From positions 32,001 to 96,000 of the forward strand of contig CAWFGE010000007.1 in assembly GCA_963815195.1 (NCBI GenBank): a stretch of DNA of 64,000 nt. The letters are read 5' to 3'. The translations under genes and the position numbers were made by a program. Within the stretch, counting starts at the first letter, position 1, and each line of letters starts with the position of its first letter. This document shows, piece by piece, positions 23,051-35,224 of this stretch. This DNA is from an uncultured Planctomycetaceae bacterium. Its GTDB lineage: Bacteria > Planctomycetota > Planctomycetia > Planctomycetales > Planctomycetaceae. The notes under the pieces are model-generated. The model was given only the letters and a program-made list of their open reading frames with translations, was not told the origin of the DNA and ran no database searches.

Positions 23051-23380
23051 TCACTCCCCAAGTTCCACTTTAATTTCTGCCTGGCGGCGTTCGATTGCTT
23101 TCAGCCGAGTTTTGAGCTTCCTCGCTTCCTGATTGAGATCGGTCAATTCCTTCTTGAGCTTTTTCGTTTGCAGCCCATACGCTCCGCTCTGTTCCTTGAC
23201 CAAGGCTTCGACTTCGTGACTTAAGAGTCTGAGATAAGGATTGCCGTGGATGTGGTTCTCCCGGTACTGCAATTTGCCTTCCCGAATGGCGGCAATGATC
23301 TCCGGTTGTGTCAGCCCAAACTCCTTCCGAGCCGATTTGTCGCTGAGGGTGGCTCCCTTCTGATTCCAGATTGATGCCAT
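23051..23380 (-). CDS. Hypothetical protein with C-terminal coiled coil
   Basis: 109-aa ORF with GGAGG RBS, co-oriented with the macro-domain gene. Confidence 0.6.
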   Translation of the reverse strand: MASIWNQKGATLSDKSARKEFGLTQPEIIAAIREGKLQYRENHIHGNPYLRLLSHEVEALVKEQSGAYGLQTKKLKKELTDLNQEARKLKTRLKAIERRQAEIKVELGE

Positions 23381-24216
23381 CGTTGTTCCTCCCGAATCGG
23401 GATTTCAGTGAGGTCAGGGTTTCGCTCGGACCCGTCAGACTGCCCATCCTGCGGAGCGGCGGTCCTGATCCTCTCTGGGTATAGTATGGATCGGACCAAA
23501 AGTCCTGCAACCCTGCAACATAGGTATTGACAAACAATAGTATTTTACGGACAACTCGCGCCGCTATGAGCGGTGCAAACTCGACATACGAGATTCGATT
23601 GCGTGCGGTACGTGCCGTTCTGGATGAGCATATACCTATTACGACGGTCGCACAAGCCTATGGAGCCGATCGGACAACGATCTATCGATGGGTTGTGCGT
23701 TATCAGGAAGCCGGAGACGACGCAGGTCTGGTACGTCGCCCGGTAACCGGTCGGCCTAAAAGGCTCACGGAGGTTGATGCCGAGGCACTGCGGACTATCG
23801 TCCTTGCGCCGGCATCTGATTATGGCTACGAGACTGACTTTTGGACAACACGACGACTGTTGCAAGTAATTGAGAGTGAATTTCGAGTCAAGCTATCAAA
23901 CCAAACCATCCTTCGCCGACTGCACGCGGCCGGTCTCCGCTACCAGAAACCGGAACGCGAGTATTTTCAAGTTTCCGAGCAGGAGCGGCAAGCCTGGGCT
24001 CGGAGGGAAGTCCCGAGAATTCGTGCCGCGGTCCACAAAAACAGGGCCATTTTGAATTTTCAGGACGAATCGAACATCTCATTGACCGCATTGTTGGGAA
24101 AGACCTGGGCACCCAAAGGCAAGACACCAAAGCAGGCTGTCACTGGAAAACGCGGGGGCGTGGCTGCTATGTCGGCAATCACCGGACGAGGTGGACTCAT
24201 TTTCCGACTTCATCAG

Positions 24217-25995
24217 CCCGGATTATTCATCAGGTCCGTGCGTGGTGAGTATTTCCGTGGCGGAAAGTGCACAGGGTGGTTGGGGAGCGGAGGATGGGCG
24301 GACCGCCCCCTTTCCCCCTGGGGCCTGGCGATCGTTGGGTGAGTGAAGGAAAGAAACAGAAAGGCGGATGCCACGATGGCGAACTGCTCAGTCCCGAAGA
24401 ACCAGTTGCTCATGGGCGTGACGTGGGAGAGGTGTGTAGGGCCGCGGGCCAGCTCCACGCGGACGTGGCCAGAGGTTGGCCAGGCGCAGCGAGCGGATGC
24501 GGGAAGACATCGCTGCCCAAAACGCGCGGACGCTTTCCTCAATGTAAATCACCAGGCGGCGGGAGTGCTTCGCCACCCGCGCTCCTGTCCGCAGCACCGA
24601 CTGCTGGAAACGATGCAAGTCCCAGCAACCGCCCAACTCGTCCTCGAACTCGATCCGCAGCATCGACGCCAGGTTGAACGCCAGCAGGCCCAACAGCAAC
24701 GTCACTTCGTTCTCCGCAAACACCGATGACGAAAGACGGCAGCCAATCACCGCGTTGAATTCGCCCAGCCGGTCCTCGAACGTGCCGCGCTTGCGGTAGT
24801 GCGACAACACCTCATCCGCCGAGCGTTGCTCCTCGGTCCAGTTTGTGATCAGGAAGAAGTAACGCGGAAACAGAGCCAGTTGGCCCGTCTTCGCCTCCGG
24901 CTTGTCGACGATGACCAGAATCACCCGCTGCGGATGACGCCAGCCCTCGGCTTGGTACTTTCCGAGTTCGATCACGTCCTCATATCCCCCTTTGGGCGGC
25001 CGGCCCGCGGGACGTGTCAGATAGGGCGCGGCCATCTCTTCCAGCACGTTGTTCTTCTTGATTCTCCCGCAAAAACGGATGTTTTCGTCGGTCAACTCAT
25101 CCAACACCGGGCCGGCGATGAAACCCGCATCGATCCGGAGGTCGAAGCTCCACGCCAGTTGCCGGGCCTTGCCGACCACGTTGCGAATAAACCGCCGGAT
25201 GCCATTGGCCGTATGCACGCTGCCTTGCCGCAGGATGGCATGAATGAAGCCGTTCCCCAGCCGCTGGCCTTCCCGCGTGCCGTCGTAGTCGCCGCCGACC
25301 GAGAAACTAGCGACCAGCGGATGATAGACGGTCTCCTTGTAGTAACCGTTATAGCGGGCCCCCGGCTGCTGGCCATAAACCTGCATCGGGAAACTGTCGA
25401 TGTCGATGGTGGCGTAGCGGACGCGGCGGTCGCTGTCGCCGGTGCTTTTGATATGCCGATGGATCCAGTCGAACAAGGCGCTCCGCACGGCCTCGAGATT
25501 CGTCTTGCAGTCGGCCAGCCAATCGATGAGCCGGGATTGAGTGGGTTGGCTGGCCAGGCGTTGGTTGAGCACTTCTTCGCCGGGCCGGTCCCAGGCGGCC
25601 ATCTTCATGGCGGGATCATGGGCGAGCCGGTCGAGATCATCCTGATCGGACTCTCCCAGGGCCATGGCGTAGATTCTTTCCCGCAGCAGTTCGACGCCTT
25701 GATAGCGGACGCGGTCTTGCCGGCGAGGATCGATCAGTCGATCGGCAAGGGATTCGGTGAGTCCGAGCCGATGATCGAAGTCCCGCAGCAGAACGGCACC
25801 GGAGTGTGACGTGAGCCGCCCATCGACGGCCTTGACCTTGATGGAACGATTGAAATCGGGCTCGAAAATGTTAGGCTGAGCTTCACCCATCGCGTGATTC
25901 CTCCGTTTGGTTTCGGGATTGCGGTATACCCCTTAAACGCAGAGGGTCACGCGATGGTTCCTTCTTTTTTCATCTTTTTTGGTGAATAATCCGGG
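24217..25995 (-). mobile_element. IS1380-family element, apparently intact
   Basis: IRs CCCGGATTATTCA / TGAATAATCCGGG; 5-bp TSD ATCAG (24212-24216, 25996-26000). Confidence 0.95.
24388..25890 (-). CDS. IS1380 (DDE_Tnp_1_4) transposase
   Basis: LTSHSGAVLL, LASQPTQSR, IDIDS, YHPLV, RIDAGF, HYRKRGTFEDRLGE. Confidence 0.93.
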   Translation of the reverse strand: MGEAQPNIFEPDFNRSIKVKAVDGRLTSHSGAVLLRDFDHRLGLTESLADRLIDPRRQDRVRYQGVELLRERIYAMALGESDQDDLDRLAHDPAMKMAAWDRPGEEVLNQRLASQPTQSRLIDWLADCKTNLEAVRSALFDWIHRHIKSTGDSDRRVRYATIDIDSFPMQVYGQQPGARYNGYYKETVYHPLVASFSVGGDYDGTREGQRLGNGFIHAILRQGSVHTANGIRRFIRNVVGKARQLAWSFDLRIDAGFIAGPVLDELTDENIRFCGRIKKNNVLEEMAAPYLTRPAGRPPKGGYEDVIELGKYQAEGWRHPQRVILVIVDKPEAKTGQLALFPRYFFLITNWTEEQRSADEVLSHYRKRGTFEDRLGEFNAVIGCRLSSSVFAENEVTLLLGLLAFNLASMLRIEFEDELGGCWDLHRFQQSVLRTGARVAKHSRRLVIYIEESVRAFWAAMSSRIRSLRLANLWPRPRGAGPRPYTPLPRHAHEQLVLRD

Positions 25996-26339
25996 ATCAG
26001 AAGCGAATCGCATCCGAGGAGGTCATCGACGTTTTAAGGCAGATGTTAAAACATCATCCAAGGCGTCATTTGGTCGTGGTCATGGATCAGGCACCGCCTC
26101 ACACATCGAAACGGACCAAGGCCTATATGGAAAACCAAAAAAGACTGCATGTATTTTATCTGCCCAAGTACTCTCCTGACTGGAATCCAGATGAAAAGGT
26201 ATGGAATCATTTGAAACATCAGGAGCTAAAGAGCCATCAAGCGAAAACTAAAGACGAACTCCATCAGTTGGCATATGAAAAACTCATGGCGATGTCAAAG
26301 AACAGTTCATCGTTGAGAGGCATATTCTTCCGATGCTCA

Positions 26340-26832
26340 AGACCAGATCGGCACCAGCTATGCGCCGATCGGTCAGACGCCGGTGCTGGAGTTTCCCAAA
26401 ACCCGCATCCAGCAGAATCTGATCTCGAGCGTCACTCCCGATGGTGAAATGACCTATCGTCTGATTCCGGGAACGCTGAATGCGAACAAGTTTATCGACT
26501 ATTTGGAACAACTGATTGCCTCGACTCGGCAGAAAATTTTTCTTGTCATCGACCGCCATCCGGCTCACACGGCCAAGGCCGTCGAGCGTTGGGTTTCGGA
26601 GCACGCCGAAGAAATCGAAATTACTTGGCTGCCGCGTTATAGTCCGGAATACAACCCGGACGAGTTCCTCAACAACGACTTGAAAGCAAACTTAAAAAAC
26701 AAGCCGCTTCCCGACGACACCCCGGCTTTCGCCGAGACCATCCACACAATCCTAGACGAGATCGCCGGCCTACCAGAGCGGATCAAAGGCTACTTCCGAG
26801 AAGCCAAACTTGAACTAACGACTATCAACTAA
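26340..26832 (+). pseudogene. 3' half of a second IS630-family transposase
   Basis: IFLVIDRHPAH..WLPRYSPEYNPDEFLNNDLK. Confidence 0.85.
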
Positions 26833-27211
26833 CGACTATGTTGCAACTACAATTTTATCACTCCAAATTCCTGTGGAAGTAACAAGTCGCTCAAGGCAGG
26901 GATCAAGCAGGTTGAAAAACAGAAGGATGAATTGGTTGCCGCCGCTCGTGCCAAAATCAGCGAAGGGACTGCTTGATTTGGCAGCGCACCGCAACTGCGA
27001 TCCGGGTTGTCACCGGGCAGTTCTACACCGTTCTACACCTGCCACACGAAAACCAATATGATCGTGACGGCACGTCGGAACGGCAGTACCTCGATCTGTC
27101 ACAGGATATCAGCGGTATGTGTAGTATCTCGCACGGCGAGGCAAATTCCGATTCCACTTCACTGTCAAGACGGAATATCAATCAACCGTCCGCTACCTGG
27201 AAATTGCAAGT

Positions 27212-28652
27212 CTAAAAATCGATCTTTGCCCGGAGTCCCAACACGACGGCGTTATTGATCGCATCACGGTTGCGCGGCAGAATCGCCAGTGTTTGTTCGC
27301 GGGCCGGGACGAGAAATTGCAGGTCGGGTGTTATCCGAAACCACGGCGTCACGGCGTAGTTGTAGAACAGTTCCACAACCTGATCGTTTCGGATCGGTAA
27401 CAGGGCCGGCGCGAGGGTTTGCACCGGATCGGAATATCCGGTGTATGCGTAACCGACGCCGAACGTATCAAGCGGCCGCGTGACCAGCGGACTGCTGCCG
27501 CCGAGACCCACGTTGGCAGACCAGCGGATCGGGCTGGGGCCGTTATCGGATAAGCCGATGTTCGTGAACAATCCCCACGAGCGCTTCGGATTGCTGGCGT
27601 CAACGAACAGCGCCTGGTCGGCGGAATAAAGCAACGACCAGGAACCCGTGTCCCTACCCGAGACCAAACTTAGCCCGAGTTCCGGATCAAAATAGGGCGT
27701 CGGAGAGAGGTCGTTGTACGTTCCGCTGCTGTATGTGCCCCAGACGCCTTGATGGCCGGGCAGGTTATTGATGGAGACCGGAAGATCGAGTTTGGCAATG
27801 ATGGTCGCGCCGTTATTGAAAAAGCTTTGAAAGCCGGATGTGGTCGGCGTATTGTTGGTGTCGAGCACCATCATCGAAAAGATCGGCTGCATGTTGTCCA
27901 ACACGGCGAATCCCGCACCCAAGGTGGAATAAGGAACCGAACGGGCGGCTGCGACGGGGAAGGCCAGCCCCGTGTTCATGAAGGCGTCCACACCCCGGCC
28001 GGCGGCATAAGGTTGCACCAGTTCATCGAGCAGATTGATTTTCCCCGCGAACGTGATGAAGTTTTCCGAAAGCGCCTGTGTGAACTTAACAGCTGTCAAT
28101 GCCGTGACGCTGCCGGTGGGAACTGGGAACAGCGATGCAGTGTTGACCGGCATGATCGCGCCGGTGTCTAGGTTGATGCCGTTGCCATAACGCGTCTCGC
28201 CGTGCAACGTGACAAAAAAGCCCTTCCACAAGCCGGCTTTTTCGCCGTCGACGTTGAGGTAGTAGTCATTGCGCCCGACATATTCGAATCCCTGACGCAC
28301 ACCACCGGAAGCGACGCCCTGGTAGATCTGCGTCGAGGCCGAGATTGAACGTATAACCGCGGGCAGCGAGATCGTCGCGAGAACCGCCGAAGTTGCCGAG
28401 CAAGACCGGCCGTTCCCACAGACTGCCGGCATACGGTGAGACGTAGAAAGCCGAAGGTTGCGCGGCGGCAATCTCAGGGGGAGGTGGGTATTCGGCCGGC
28501 GCCGTTTCAACCTGGCTATTGTAAATCGGCGTCGACGAAGGCAGGAAATCTTGAGCCGTCGCCTGTGATGTCGCCAGCGCCCCGATCAGGCTCAGAACCC
28601 GTCCAAAATGCGTTGTCCGCCAAATGGTTCCACACGAAGAATTGTGAGCCAT
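27212..28652 (-). CDS. OprB-family carbohydrate porin (frameshift near 28340)
   Basis: Signal peptide; ELFYNYAVTPWFRITPDLQ; C-terminal GLRAKIDF. Confidence 0.85.
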
Positions 28653-28958
28653 TCTGGTATCCTAACTATATGAACAGAAATGCCATCCAATGAGGGTTCC
28701 TCAAAAGGAATCGGCAAACTGTCGATGGCACTTTTCGGGAACAAACCAGAAATCCCGCGTTCGACCGAAGTCTTGCGTCGCCTGTAGCGATTGGGTAAGC
28801 CAGTCGTTTTTGGACGATACTTTTGGTCGGATGACGAGTAACAATTGGGTGCGATCCCAATTCGTGACGGGTTGAACGTGGATGGTTGATGGGTCAGAAT
28901 GGCGACTTCCCCGACTTGTCGGTCGTTTTGAGGAAGGAGCCTCCCATGCAAATTCGCC

Positions 28959-29688
28959 TTGGTTCCCGTGATGGTCCGGCACGACTTGCAAACCTCCGAT
29001 GCGTTGGGAGCCGCGGCTTCGCAACTGGGGCCGAACCTCCAGGCGGTGATCGCGTTTCTCAATAAACGCTGTGGGCTGTCTCACGGCAAGATCGTGCAAT
29101 TCTTTCGGGAGCTGTTTGACATTCGGCTGTCGCGGGCGGCTCGGTCCAAGCCACGCTGCGGGCGGGACGCCGTTGTCGAGAGGTTTACAACGCGATCGTC
29201 AAGTCGGTGCGGGGATCGCCTTGGGGCGGTGCCGGACGAAACCGGTTGGAAAATCGGCGGCCGACCCGTTTGACGCATGTTTCTTATTTCGTCTTATTTC
29301 GCAGAATCAAAGTAAACTTGTGATTCTGGGTCGTCTGGGAAATCGAGCGTGTTATCAAAACCAGAATCGTTACCGGCGTTGCGCGGCACCTCCCTCTGTG
29401 GGCCACCACACTGACAGGCCAATGATTCGGCAAACCCGGATTATTCACAAGGCACCGAGTGCTAGCACGGTTTCGCCCGCATTTTTCAACGCGAAACGCA
29501 CTTTTCGAGTGCTTGTTTGCCTTCACCAAATTGGTGAAGCGTCTTTTTGAGTGAAAACACGCACTTCCTCAAGGAAAAACAGAGGGGGGTGTAACCGGTC
29601 ACCCCGGTTACACCCAAACAGAGGTTTTTGGACGATCGCAGCGATGGCTCGTGAATAATCCGGGGCAAAAGAGTCGCTATTCAATCAC
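28959..29688 (+). mobile_element. IS66-family remnant with right end, carrying a MITE
   Basis: HDLQTSDALGAAASQLGP and PDETGWKIGG fragments; paralogous to 38410-38666; right end CGCTATTCAATCAC. Confidence 0.75.
29435..29664. mobile_element. 230-bp non-autonomous IS1380-type MITE
   Basis: Ends CCCGGATTATTCAC / GTGAATAATCCGGG; 5-bp TSD GCAAA; homologous empty site at 38631-38655. Confidence 0.9.
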
Positions 29689-29904
29689 TAATATTCACTT
29701 ACTGAATGCTTGACATCTCCCGATTGACGCGTCATAATTACCCTAACGTCCCACTCATTCTTCTTGATCCTGGCCAAAAAGAAGTGGCTTGGAACTCTTA
29801 TTGTGGCCCGCCGTACCGCGGCAACTTTCACTCCGATGCTCGAATGTTTTCTCATGTGGCCGCGTTCATTTACGCATTCTCCTTGACTCGCATGGAGCAT
29901 TCCT

Positions 29905-30620
29905 GAATCGAAAGTGACTTCGTTAAACCTGAACGAGATTTCCGTGGGTACACCTCCCGAAACGCCCCTAGCTGCGCAAGAAGGAATGGTCTGGATTAAA
30001 GGTGGCAAATTCCTAGTGGGAAGCGACGCATCGATCGCCTGAACAGGCTGCTCATCGTGTCGTTGTTGATGGTTTCTCGATGGATTCGACGAAAATCATC
30101 CGGTGGTCCAGGTTTCATGGCATGATGCGGTGGCTTACGCCAGCTGGGCAGGAAAGAGGATTGCTGACGGAAGCCGAGTGTGGGAGTGTGCCGCCCCTGG
30201 AGGACTTCAGGGAAAGCCCTATGCGCCCTATGTATAGGAAAGCGATCCACCGAGCGAAACCTTGCCGCAAGCGAATCTATGGACAGGCTCGTTTCCACGA
30301 AAACACACAGATGTGAGTGTGTGCACACTAGCAGATCCCGTCGGCACCTTCAAAGCCAACGGATATGGGCTCTTCGATATGGCTGGCGACTGGTACGATC
30401 GCGATTTTTACATCAAACGTTCACAGACGAACGTTACCCTCAATCCCACGGGACCGGATCAGAGGTCATGATCCCATGCGCTCGTTCATGGCTTAGCGAA
30501 GTCAACGCGGCGGCTCGTTCCTTTGTAACGACTCACACTGATCTCGCATATACATGTATTCACGCAAGACTGGGATGCATGTAGGGTTTCGTTGTATAAC
30601 GTCCGGGCAAGAGACCGTGC
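29905..30620 (+). pseudogene. Formylglycine-generating enzyme (SUMF1-like) relic
   Basis: Fragments EGMVWIKGGKF, HPVVQVSWHDAVAYASWAGKR, ANLWTG, PVGTFKANGYGLFDMAG, HVGFRC in changing frames. Confidence 0.8.
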
Positions 30621-30628
30621 CCGGCAGC

Positions 30629-30761
30629 CTAGTGTCGCGTCAATCTTGGTTTGACGCGTGCCATTGGCTCCGCCAGTGCGAGATCGAGTTTACCGTTCCT
30701 TTCAAGCACTGGCAGAGCCAAGGGGACACCACCTGTCAATCGAAGAATGACGGAACACTAG
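30629..30761. repeat. Small IR-bounded element containing an inverted REP-like pair
   Basis: CTAGTGTCGCGTCA ... TGACGGAACACTAG ends; internal TGGCTCCGCCAGTGC / GCACTGGCAGAGCCA. Confidence 0.55.
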
Positions 30762-30823
30762 CAGAGATTGCATCATCGAAATGCTGTAATTGATTTTTAC
30801 TTCCTTGATTAAGGAGACTCCAA

Positions 30824-32603
30824 ATGAAGTTGCCTAACTGGTTTTCTAGCTCCCTATTGATGGTGGCAATCGGTGCCGTTTTGGGATACGTCGTCGCACT
30901 GAGCCCAATTGAGCAGCCGGCCTTCTCGGCGAAGCCGCAAAGTTCCCTTGTTGATGACGTGAAAAAAGGCTCCCGTCTTGATGACCTGAAAGAAGTCGAC
31001 ACTGCTGCCTACCGCGATAAAGGTCTAAGCCGAGCAGATGAGCGTCTGCTTGTGAGCCACAATCAGGTGGTTACGACGGCAGTAGCGCAGACGGGCAAAA
31101 AGCCAAATATTGTCGTCATCTGGGGCGACGACATCGGCGTTCACAACATCAGCGCTTACAACCACGGTATCATGGGGTATCAGACTCCAAATATCGATCG
31201 CATCGCCACAGAGGGTGCTTTGTTCACAGATGCCTATGCGCAACAAAGTTGTACTGCGGGCCGGGCGTCGTTCATCCTCGGGCAGCATCCGTTCCGCACC
31301 GGCTTGCTGACCATCGGCATGCCCGGCAGCCCGCACGGTATCCCGGACTGGACTCCGACCACCGCTGATCTCCTCAAGGAACAGGGTTACGCGACGGGAC
31401 AATTCGGCAAGAACCACCTCGGCGATCAGGATAAGCACCTGCCTACGCTGCATGGGTTCGACGAGTTCTTCGGCAACCTGTACCACCTGAACGCCGAGGA
31501 AGAACCGGAGACCTACTACTACCCGAAAGATCCCGAGTTCAAGAAGAAGTACGGTCCCCGCGGCGTGCTCCACTGCAAAGCGGATGGAAAGGGCGGCCAG
31601 ACCATCGAGGACACCGGCCCGCTGACCGCGAAACGCATGGAAACCATTGACGAGGAAGTCCACGCGAAAGCAATGGATTTCGTGGATCGGAACGCTAAAG
31701 CGAAGAAACCCTTCTTCCTGTGGTACAACAGCACCCGCATGCACGTCTGGACGCACCTCAAAAAGGCGTCCGTAGGTAAAACAGGCATAGGCCTTTATCC
31801 CGACGGCATGGTGGAGCACGACGGCTTCGTGGGCGAAGTCCTGAAGAAACTCGACGATCTGGGCATCGCCGACAACACCATCCTCGTCTACGGCACCGAC
31901 AATGGTGCCGAGACGGCTTCGTGGCCTGACGGTGGCATCACACCGTTCCACGGTGAAAAGGGAACCACCTGGGAAGGCGGCTTCCGCGTTCCGATGCTGG
32001 TACGTTGGCCGGGTGTGATCAAGCCCGGTACCAAGATCAACGCGATCTTCTCCCAGGAGGACTGGATGCCAACCTTCCTGGCCGCCGCTGGCGTGCCGGA
32101 TGTGGTCGAGAAACTCAAGCAGGGCTATAAGGCGAATGGCAAGACGTTCAAGGTTCATGCCGACGGTTACAACTTCCTGCCCTTTTTCAAGGGAGAAGTT
32201 GCGAAGGGGCCCCGTGAGGAGATTCTCTACTTCGGCCAGGGAGGCGAACTGAACGCCGTTCGGTGGAAAGACTGGAAAGTCAACTTCGCCGTGGTTGATG
32301 GGAACATCGCGACCGGCACCCGCAAGATCACAGGTTGGCCGTTGATCACCCACCTTAAGGCCGACCCTTACGAAAAGATGGCGCTCGAATCGAGTATGTA
32401 TATGTCGCTGGTATGGGGACAACATCTGGCTGTTCGTGCCTGTGCAAAATCAGATCAAGAACTTTCTTGTCACGATTCCGCAGTTTCCCTTCCAGGAAGG
32501 GAGCAGCTTGAATGCGGCGGGGATTAACTATCAGACGCTCAAGGCTGCCGCGGCGCTCAAGCGATTGACTGACATCGAAACGCTCGGCAATCCGAGTAAT
32601 TGA
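30824..32603 (+). CDS. Arylsulfatase 1 (frameshift near 32405)
   Basis: KPNIVVIWGDD, SCTAGRAS (CxAxR FGly motif), GKNHLGD, TDNG, GEKGTTWEGGFRVP. Confidence 0.95.
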
Positions 32604-32615
32604 CACGTCCTGTTG

Positions 32616-32647
32616 ATGGCGGCCGGTCTACGAGACCGGCCGCCATC
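32616..32647 (+). terminator. Hairpin downstream of arylsulfatase 1
   Basis: GATGGCGGCCGGTCT-AC-GAGACCGGCCGCCATC stem-loop. Confidence 0.55.
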
Positions 32648-32760
32648 AACAAACAGTGGAAGCCTGGTGACTTCAAAAAGTTAAAGTAGGTTCCAAGCAA
32701 CGGCGGCAGTGGTGAGATTGGGAGTGGCCTACTTGCCGTTCCATTTCGGCCGCTACCAGT

Positions 32761-32967
32761 GTGTTTCCCCTCGCTTTCAACGAAGACACGGCAATTGTCT
32801 GTTCGCGTGGCGGACGGGGCTGGGCATCCGGCAGGCTGATTGCCAAACGGAACACGCCGCACGGCAGCGGCCTCGGCAAGACCCGCTGGGTGGTCGAGCG
32901 GGCCTTTGCCTGGATGTCGCATGTCGGCTTTCGTTGCGCCAAATCGGTGAATCCTGCTCATCATTAA
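32761..32967 (+). pseudogene. IS5-family transposase C-terminal fragment
   Basis: IAKRNTPHGSGLGKTRWVVERAFAW. Confidence 0.75.
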
Positions 32968-33025
32968 CGTATTTCCGTCGTATCCGTGTTTTGTCAGTCT
33001 CGTGTCTCCATTGAAAGGACTAGTC

Positions 33026-34767
33026 ATGTCGAGAATTTTGCCGTCATCCGCCTGGGTGACACTCCTACTTGGCGGAGCCCTCGGCTTTGCCGTTGCCACC
33101 CTGGATTTCCGGCCATCCGCCAACGCCGCCGTCGAGACCTCGACGACGAAAAGCGTTCCATCAGCCAGCGGCAGTGTCGACCTGTCGGTGCCGGTGGAAG
33201 CGCCTGCGGAGGTCTGCTGCTCGAAAGACCTGAGTCGGGGCGACCAACTCGCCCTGGCGGGTCACAATGAGCTGGCCATGGCCTCGCTGGCGCAAACCGG
33301 CAAGAAGCCGAACATCTTGATCATTTGGGGTGACGACATCGGGTGGAACAACCCTAGCGCCTACAACCGCGGGATGATGGGCTACAGCACACCGAACATT
33401 GATCGCGTGGCCAATGAAGGCGGATTGTTCACGGATTGGTATGGACAGCAGTCATGCACGGCGGGACGGGCGGCATTCATTACCGGCCAGAGCCCATTCC
33501 GCACCGGGTTGCTTAAAGTCGGCCTCCCCGGCGCAAAGAAGGGCTGTCCGAGAAGGATCCAACAATTCCGGAATTGTTGAAAAATCACGGGTACATGACT
33601 GCCCAGTACGGCAAGAACCACTTGGGCGACCTGGACGAGCACTTGCCTTCGAATCACGGCTTCGACGAATTCTACGGCAACCTTTATCACCTGAATGCAG
33701 AACAGGAGCCCGAGCATCCGGATTACTTCAAACTCCATCCTGAACTGAAAAAAATATTCGGCCCGCGAGGGGTCATCAAGTCGTTCGCCGACGGGAAGAT
33801 AACCGATACCGGGCCGTTGACGATCGAGCGGATGAAGACCATTGATGAGGAGATCACCAAAGGAGCAATGGACTTCGTGGACCGCGCAGTGAAAGCCGAC
33901 AAGCCGTTCTTTCTCTGGTGGAACTCGACTCGCATGCACATCTGGACCCACTTGAAAAAGGAGTCCGAAGGCAAGACGGGATTAGGCGTGTATCCGGACG
34001 GAATGGTCGAACATGACGGGCACGTCGGTCAGTTGCTTGACCAGCTCGACAAGCTGGGCATTGCAGATAACACGATCGTGATGTATTCGACCGACAATGG
34101 TGCTGAGTGCTTTTCCTGGCCGGATGGCGGCAGCACCCCCTTCCGCAACGAAAAGAACTCGAACTGGGAAGGTGGCTACCGCGTTCCCTGCATGATCCGC
34201 TGGCCGGGCGTGATCAAGCCGGGCACGATTTTCAATGGGATTTGTTCGCACGAAGACATGCTCCAGACACTGCTGGCGGCTGTGGGCGAGCCGGACATCA
34301 AAGAGAAGCTGCTCAAGGGCCACAAGGCGAATGGCAGGGATTTCAAAGTGCATCTCGATGGGTACAATCTGATGCCCTATCTCAAAGGCGAGGTGAAAGA
34401 GTCTCCGCGGCGAGAGTTCTTCTACTGGACCGATGATGGCAGTTTGGCCAATCTGCGATACGACCGGTGGAAAGTCGTTTTCATGGAACAGCGAGCGCAC
34501 GGGCTGGATGTTTGGCAGGAGCCCCTGGTCACGCTGCGCTTTCCGAAACTGTTCTGTCTTCGTACCGATCCCTTCGAGCGGGCCGATCACGAGGCAGGGG
34601 ACTACGATCGATGGCGGGTCGACCACGCGTTCGTATTGTTGCCGGCAGTTGCCTTCGTCGGCCAGCACTTGTCGACCTACACCGAGTTCCCTCCGCGTCA
34701 AGAGCCGGGCAGTTTCAATCTGGAGAAAGTCCTTCAGAAGCTCCGACAGGGCGGAGGCGGGAACTGA
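33026..34767 (+). CDS. Arylsulfatase 2 (frameshift near 33545)
   Basis: [38 protein letters not shown]. Confidence 0.95.
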
Positions 34768-35224
34768 TCGGTTCGCACGATCGCGCCGTCGTGCCAGTGT
34801 GCAAATCGCAGCGGCACGACGGGTGTTTTCTCGCAAAGGACATATGACATTCTGTCCCGATTCTGTCACCTCAACTAGGTGAAAGAAGTTCCTGATGACA
34901 CTGCGACAGTTCCCGTTTCAGGATGGTGGAGCCAGCTGGGATCAACCATCAGACGTTCAAGACCGCCGCGGCGCTCAAGCGTTTGAAGGAGATCGAAACG
35001 CTCGGCAATCCGAGTAATTGACACGTCCTGTTGTGGCGGCAGGTCTTCGAGACCGTCTGCCATTCTTAACTCAGGTCGGCGTTGCGAACAACGCTCCTTC
35101 GACGTGTGCGTTCATCTGCATCGTCCGAAGCGCAACAGAGGTCACACATTCAGTAAAGGTGGCTCGATTGCAAAAGAATTAAATCAGACATTTCTTTGCT
35201 CGAACGGTTCGACCCTTTTTCCAA

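Larger units (their letters stand above)
23482..26340 (+). mobile_element. IS630-family element interrupted by IS1380
   Basis: HTH..FQDES..GKTWAPKG, then VVMDQAPPH..LPKYSPDWNPDEKVW; removing IS1380 and one ATCAG restores RLHQKRIASEEVIDVLRQMLK in frame. Confidence 0.88.

Noticed and set aside
31025..34869. Long antisense ORFs over the sulfatases (and similar shadows over other genes)
   Set aside because: These are shadow ORFs from high-GC codon bias opposite well-supported genes.
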